From Candidatus Nanohaloarchaea archaeon (GTDB taxonomy: Archaea > Nanohalarchaeota > Nanosalinia > Nanosalinales > Nanosalinaceae): a stretch of DNA of 41,328 bases. Numbering within the stretch: position 1 is the first letter of the stretch; the number at the start of each line of letters is the position of its first letter. The stretch lies in NCBI GenBank assembly GCA_042217585.1, contig JBDGSJ010000026.1, positions 5,428-46,755 on the forward strand, written 5' to 3'. A program made the translations under genes and the position numbers. Shown piece after piece: positions 37,399-41,328 of this stretch. The notes beneath the pieces are model-generated. The model was not told the DNA's origin and did not search any database. It worked only from the letters and a program-made list of their open reading frames with translations.

Positions 37399-37681
37399 GT
37401 GTTGTTTGACAGCAGTTCTGGAGTGGTTTTCTAGAAGCGCGGCATGAACGCCGCGATGAATACGTGCTTCTTCCAGAAGCCGGTGTTGATGGAGGTGTGG
37501 GATACTGCTGAACCTGTCCGGAGTCGTGAGAAATTTTCTCGGATAGCTTTCAGACCTTCAGCGTCCACTTTACCGGCCTCTACCTCTCTAAATTGTGCTG
37601 CGAGCTTTAAAACCGTTTGGTATTGTCGGAGGGGAGGTACACCTATTTTTTCAAGTTAACCGGCGCACCTGTTCTGTAGTC

Positions 37682-39721
37682 ATGGAGACCACGGTGATGA
37701 TAGGTGAGAAGCCGAAGGTGGCGAGCAGGCTGGCGAACGCCCTCGGCGATTACTCGATAAAGGAGAACAGGGGAGTCAAGAACTACGTGCTGGAGACCGG
37801 CGACAGGCGCGTGATAATCTCGCCGGCAGTAGGACACATCTTCAACCTGGAGGAGCAGGAGGACGGCTGGGACTATCCCGTGTTCGACGTGGAGTGGGAG
37901 CCGATATTCGAGAACGACGATGACGCGGGCTACGTGAAGAAATACTACAACAACCTCCGGGACCAGCTGGAGAAGGCAGATAACTATATTAACGCCTGCG
38001 ACTACGACGTGGAGGGGTCCACGATCGGCGGCGTCATACTGAAGGAGATGATCGACGCGCCGGACGAGCGGATACAGAGGATGAAGTTCTCCACCCTCAC
38101 CGCCTCGGACCTCAGGGACGCGTTCGACGACCTCGAGGGCTTCGACAGTGGGATGACCGAGGCAGGGATCACCCGGCACATACTGGATTTCTACTACGGT
38201 GTGAACGTCTCCCGGGCGCTGATGCAGGCGGTCCGGGAGAACGACCGGTACAAGACACTGAGCACGGGCCGGGTCCAGGGACCGGCGCTGAAGATACTGG
38301 CGGACCGGGAGCGTGAGCGCCGCGCCTTCGAGCCCGAGGACTACTGGGAGTTCTTCCTCCACAACCCCGAGTTCAGGGCGAAATGGCAGGGAGAGGACGA
38401 GGACCGGGTCTGGGACGAGGAGGTCGCCCGGCAAATGTTCGAGGACATGCAGACGGAGGACCAGGCGGTCGTGGACAACATCAAGGTCAACAACTACAAG
38501 CACAACCCTCCGACGCCCTTCAACCTGACGGACCTCCAGCAGTCCGCCTCCCGCCAGTTCAACATCAACCCGAAGAGGACCCAGTCCATCGCCCAGGACC
38601 TGTACGAGGACGGCCTGATCTCCTATCCCCGTACAGAGTCGCAGAAACTTCCCGCGAAGATAGGGTACAAGAACCTTCTCGGGAAGCTGAAGAAGAACGA
38701 CAAGTACGAGGACCTGGCCCAGAAGGTGCTGGACAAGGAAGAGATCTACCCGAGGCAGGGCAAGAAGACCGATGACGCACACCCGGCGATTTACCCGACG
38801 GGAGAGCATCCCTCCGGGCTTTCAAAACAGGAGAGACAGGTGTACGACCTGATAGTGAAGCGTTTCCTCGCGGTCTTCGGGGACGCCGCGAAGCGTCAGT
38901 CACTCACCATGACGCTGGAGGTGAAGGGCTACGAGTTCCAGGCCAAGTCCAAGGTCACCAAGGAGAGGAACTGGTTCAACCTGTACGACCCGTACGTGAA
39001 CGTGGAGGAGGCAGAACTTCCGGAACTGGAGGAGGGCGAGGTCCTCGACATCGAGGAGTTCGAGCTGGCGGAGAAGGAGACCAAGCCGCCCCGCCGCTAC
39101 TCCCAGTCAGGGATCGTCTCGGAGCTGGAAGACCGGGAACTGGGCACAAAGGCGACCAGAGCCGACATAATCGACAGGCTCTACTCCCGGAACTACATCG
39201 AGGGCGATCCCATCGAGGTCACGGACCTCGGGCTGGCGATCGTCTCCGCGCTTGAGGACCACTGCGAGGACGTCCTCAGCGAGAAACTGACCCGGGAGTT
39301 CGAGGAGAAGATGGAGGCGATCCGCGACGGCCAGGAGACCCGGCAGGAGGTCATCGACGAGGCCCGTGAAGAGCTTGAGGAGATACTTCAGAAGTTCAAA
39401 CAGGAGGAGAAGGAAATCGGCGCCGAACTCGTTGAGACCATCGACGCGGAGAGGGACCGCAGGCGCCAGCTCGGTCCCTGCGACCGCGAGGGATGTGACG
39501 GAACGCTGAGGATCGTGAAGACCGGCGGAAGCCGTTTCGTCGGCTGCTCCAACTATCCGGACTGCGAGAACACGTACCCGCTCCCGAACAACGGGGACAT
39601 CGAATCGATGGAGAAGGAGTGCGAGGAGTGCGGGAAGCCGATGATAAGCGTGACCCGGAAGAGCTCCAGCAACTACTCGATGTGCGTGGACCCAGACTGC
39701 CCGTCGAAGGACGACTGGTAG
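37682..39721 (+). CDS. topA: DNA topoisomerase IA with C-terminal zinc ribbons
   Basis: GEKPKVA, ACDYDVEG (TOPRIM), STGRVQGP, ISYPRT catalytic Tyr, LGTKATRA, Cys clusters; start ATG 37682. Confidence 0.96.
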   Translation: METTVMIGEKPKVASRLANALGDYSIKENRGVKNYVLETGDRRVIISPAVGHIFNLEEQEDGWDYPVFDVEWEPIFENDDDAGYVKKYYNNLRDQLEKADNYINACDYDVEGSTIGGVILKEMIDAPDERIQRMKFSTLTASDLRDAFDDLEGFDSGMTEAGITRHILDFYYGVNVSRALMQAVRENDRYKTLSTGRVQGPALKILADRERERRAFEPEDYWEFFLHNPEFRAKWQGEDEDRVWDEEVARQMFEDMQTEDQAVVDNIKVNNYKHNPPTPFNLTDLQQSASRQFNINPKRTQSIAQDLYEDGLISYPRTESQKLPAKIGYKNLLGKLKKNDKYEDLAQKVLDKEEIYPRQGKKTDDAHPAIYPTGEHPSGLSKQERQVYDLIVKRFLAVFGDAAKRQSLTMTLEVKGYEFQAKSKVTKERNWFNLYDPYVNVEEAELPELEEGEVLDIEEFELAEKETKPPRRYSQSGIVSELEDRELGTKATRADIIDRLYSRNYIEGDPIEVTDLGLAIVSALEDHCEDVLSEKLTREFEEKMEAIRDGQETRQEVIDEAREELEEILQKFKQEEKEIGAELVETIDAERDRRRQLGPCDREGCDGTLRIVKTGGSRFVGCSNYPDCENTYPLPNNGDIESMEKECEECGKPMISVTRKSSSNYSMCVDPDCPSKDDW

Positions 39722-39752
39722 ACATTTATTCGTTACCTTCTAATAACAATCC

Positions 39753-40496
39753 ATGAATGAGGAGTACTCCGGAGTCTCCACCAGGGATTTCCTGAAGCTC
39801 GTGGGCGGCTTCGGAGCCGGAACCATAGGCCTCAGAGACCTTGCGATACTCGGCGCGGACCTTTCAAGAGGGAAGTACCTTAACGGGAAGCCAAGCTCCG
39901 CGCAGGACCCGGAGGCGTTCGAGAACGCTGTCGAGGGGGAGCTACCGGTCCGTTACTTCCAGCTCTACCGCGGTGAGAAGGAGCACGAGTACGACGAGGA
40001 AGCGGTATTCGACGAGATGGACTCGGCGCTTGACGAACTGGAAGAGATCAGGACCGACCAGGAATGGTACGAGTTCGACCTGGACGAGTACAAGAACTTT
40101 GACGGCGTGGAGACGCCCGCCCTCTCGATGCACGACAGCGAGAACCTCCACGAGTTCATGGAGGAGTTCCACGAAGCTTTCAGCGAGGAACAGGCAGAGG
40201 AAGGAGTAAACCTTCTCATCTCAGACTACCCGACCGGGAACGCAGCCGGTCTGGCGCTTCCGGAGGACCGGGGTTTCGAGACAGGTTACGCCCTGCTGAA
40301 GAACCACGAGGAGATAGATTACGCGGCGGTCCACGAGACAGCACACGTCCTCGGACTCACCCACACCGCGATGGGAGGGATGACGAACACGTTCATCGGA
40401 AGGATCGCGGGCGCGCTCGAGCCAGGGTACTTCGGACCTGAAAGCAAAGAAAAATGGGAGAAGATGAAGGAAGAGAGGTTTCAGGAGGGTCCGTAG
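39753..40496 (+). CDS. Exported or membrane-anchored metzincin-type zinc metalloprotease
   Basis: HETAHVLGLTH (HExxHxxGxxH) followed by GGM Met-turn; N-terminal STRDFLK plus hydrophobic stretch. Confidence 0.78.
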   Translation: MNEEYSGVSTRDFLKLVGGFGAGTIGLRDLAILGADLSRGKYLNGKPSSAQDPEAFENAVEGELPVRYFQLYRGEKEHEYDEEAVFDEMDSALDELEEIRTDQEWYEFDLDEYKNFDGVETPALSMHDSENLHEFMEEFHEAFSEEQAEEGVNLLISDYPTGNAAGLALPEDRGFETGYALLKNHEEIDYAAVHETAHVLGLTHTAMGGMTNTFIGRIAGALEPGYFGPESKEKWEKMKEERFQEGP

Positions 40497-40930
40497 CCCG
40501 CCGGGTCCTCGCCGTCGAAGTGCTCGTTCCCGAGCTGGGCGTACTCCTCCTGGTCGTACTCCGGGATCCAGCCGCCGTCCGCGGCGATCCTCGGCTTCTC
40601 CGTCTGAGGGATCTCGACGCCGAACTCCTCGAGCGCCTCGATAGCGGCGTCGCTGGCGATCTCCCGGTCCGGCTCGTACGTCTCGCTGACCCCGTTGTTC
40701 GCGCCGATGTACTCGCCGAACTCCTGCCAGTGCTCGCCCCTGGCTCCTCTGACCGCGGCGTGGTCCCCGACGATGTCGATCGCCTCCTCGTCGGAGTCGT
40801 AGATGAAGAGCGCGGACCCGCCACGGATCTCCATCTCGTAGATCTCGTCTCCTATCTCCTCGGTCCGGTCGTCCTCTGCGATCGGCTCGGGGTCGTCCAT
40901 CGCCCAGGTCTGGGAGTAGCCGTCTCTAAT
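40481..40930 (-). CDS. Acidic hypothetical protein; start ATT 40930 (alternatives GTG 40939, ATG 40900)
   Basis: GGAGGTGA + 5 nt + ATT; host-like codons; IAADGG near the C-terminus. Confidence 0.72.
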   Translation of the reverse strand: MRDGYSQTWAMDDPEPIAEDDRTEEIGDEIYEMEIRGGSALFIYDSDEEAIDIVGDHAAVRGARGEHWQEFGEYIGANNGVSETYEPDREIASDAAIEALEEFGVEIPQTEKPRIAADGGWIPEYDQEEYAQLGNEHFDGEDPAGYGPS

Positions 40931-40958
40931 AGCTATCACCTCCTTCCATCGATACAGC

Positions 40959-41003
40959 GGTTTTGCATCGGTTTACAGGTCCGGTATGGTCGTGTAGTGT
41001 TGT
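40959..41003 (-). promoter_or_regulatory. Shared leader motif, copy 2
   Basis: Sense: ACAACAC-tacacg-ACCATACCG-N10-CCGATGCAAAACC. Confidence 0.6.
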
Positions 41004-41328
41004 CATGGGAAAAACACCTGTCGAAAAACAGAGAACTCACACCAGCACGGACACCGTCACAGCCACCAGCAGCAGTACAGGTACCAGGTCAGAAAGAACG
41101 GCTGTTAAAGCGTGGTCCGTGGAGAAACCGTCCGCCTTCCCGGCGGACCTCTCTGAAGTTCGTCTACGAGAACTGCAGAACGCGTCCACCCTCTGAAGAC
41201 CCTCCGTTTTCCCGGGGCTCCGGCAGAGCGAGAGCTCCCTGTACAAAACGTCCACCCTTCCGATGGGCCGGAGAGCCGTGAAGCAGACGCATTAGGGACC
41301 TATTCCCGGCCGAGAGTTAAAAACCTTT

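Noticed and set aside
37399..37680. Replication origin
   Set aside because: No orc1/cdc6 nearby, no convincing ORB with G-string, and no long AT-rich unwinding element.
41037..41255. 72-aa ORF with a pilin-like hydrophobic end
   Set aside because: It stops right after the hydrophobic stretch, has no SD and has atypical composition; it cannot be excluded but is unsupported.
1..41328. CRISPR array, tRNA, rRNA, IS element, intein
   Set aside because: No regularly spaced repeats, cloverleaf, rRNA-like segment or transposase were seen, and conserved enzymes have normal lengths.

Overview
Core-chromosome window from a GC-rich halophilic archaeon with a very acidic proteome. Gene content and compactness best fit Nanohaloarchaeota/DPANN (inference). 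In order it holds: (i) a ~12.3 kb glycogen/glycolysis cluster (GH57 amylase, GT4, a single-domain GT4, PGI, GT3 glycogen synthase, debranching enzyme, TPI, ADP-dependent kinase, phosphohexomutase, HxHxQ HIT protein); (ii) two minD, leuS, slyD, ftsZ-secE-spt5-rpl11-rpl1-rpl10, with rpl12 separated by a degenerate LAGLIDADG-like gene; (iii) alaS, hsp20, rtcA, a YbaK-family gene, tyrS, serS, topA, plus several small membrane proteins. I found no tRNA, rRNA, CRISPR array or transposase. The strongest unexplained signal is a pair of minus-strand acidic genes (37125-37325, which is absent from the ORF track, and 40481-40930). They share a leader layout of ACAACAC-N6-ACCATACCG, a CCGATG(A/C)AAAACC mini-ORF start, a perfect SD, and a non-AUG start codon (ATC or ATT) exactly 51 nt after the first motif in both. 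A third ATC start is likely for the GT4 gene. Other leads are a folded secE leader resembling the L1-binding rRNA site, a candidate sRNA before serS, and a 7TM gene pair sharing a 239-bp exact repeat. All calls come from reading the sequence; no searches were run.
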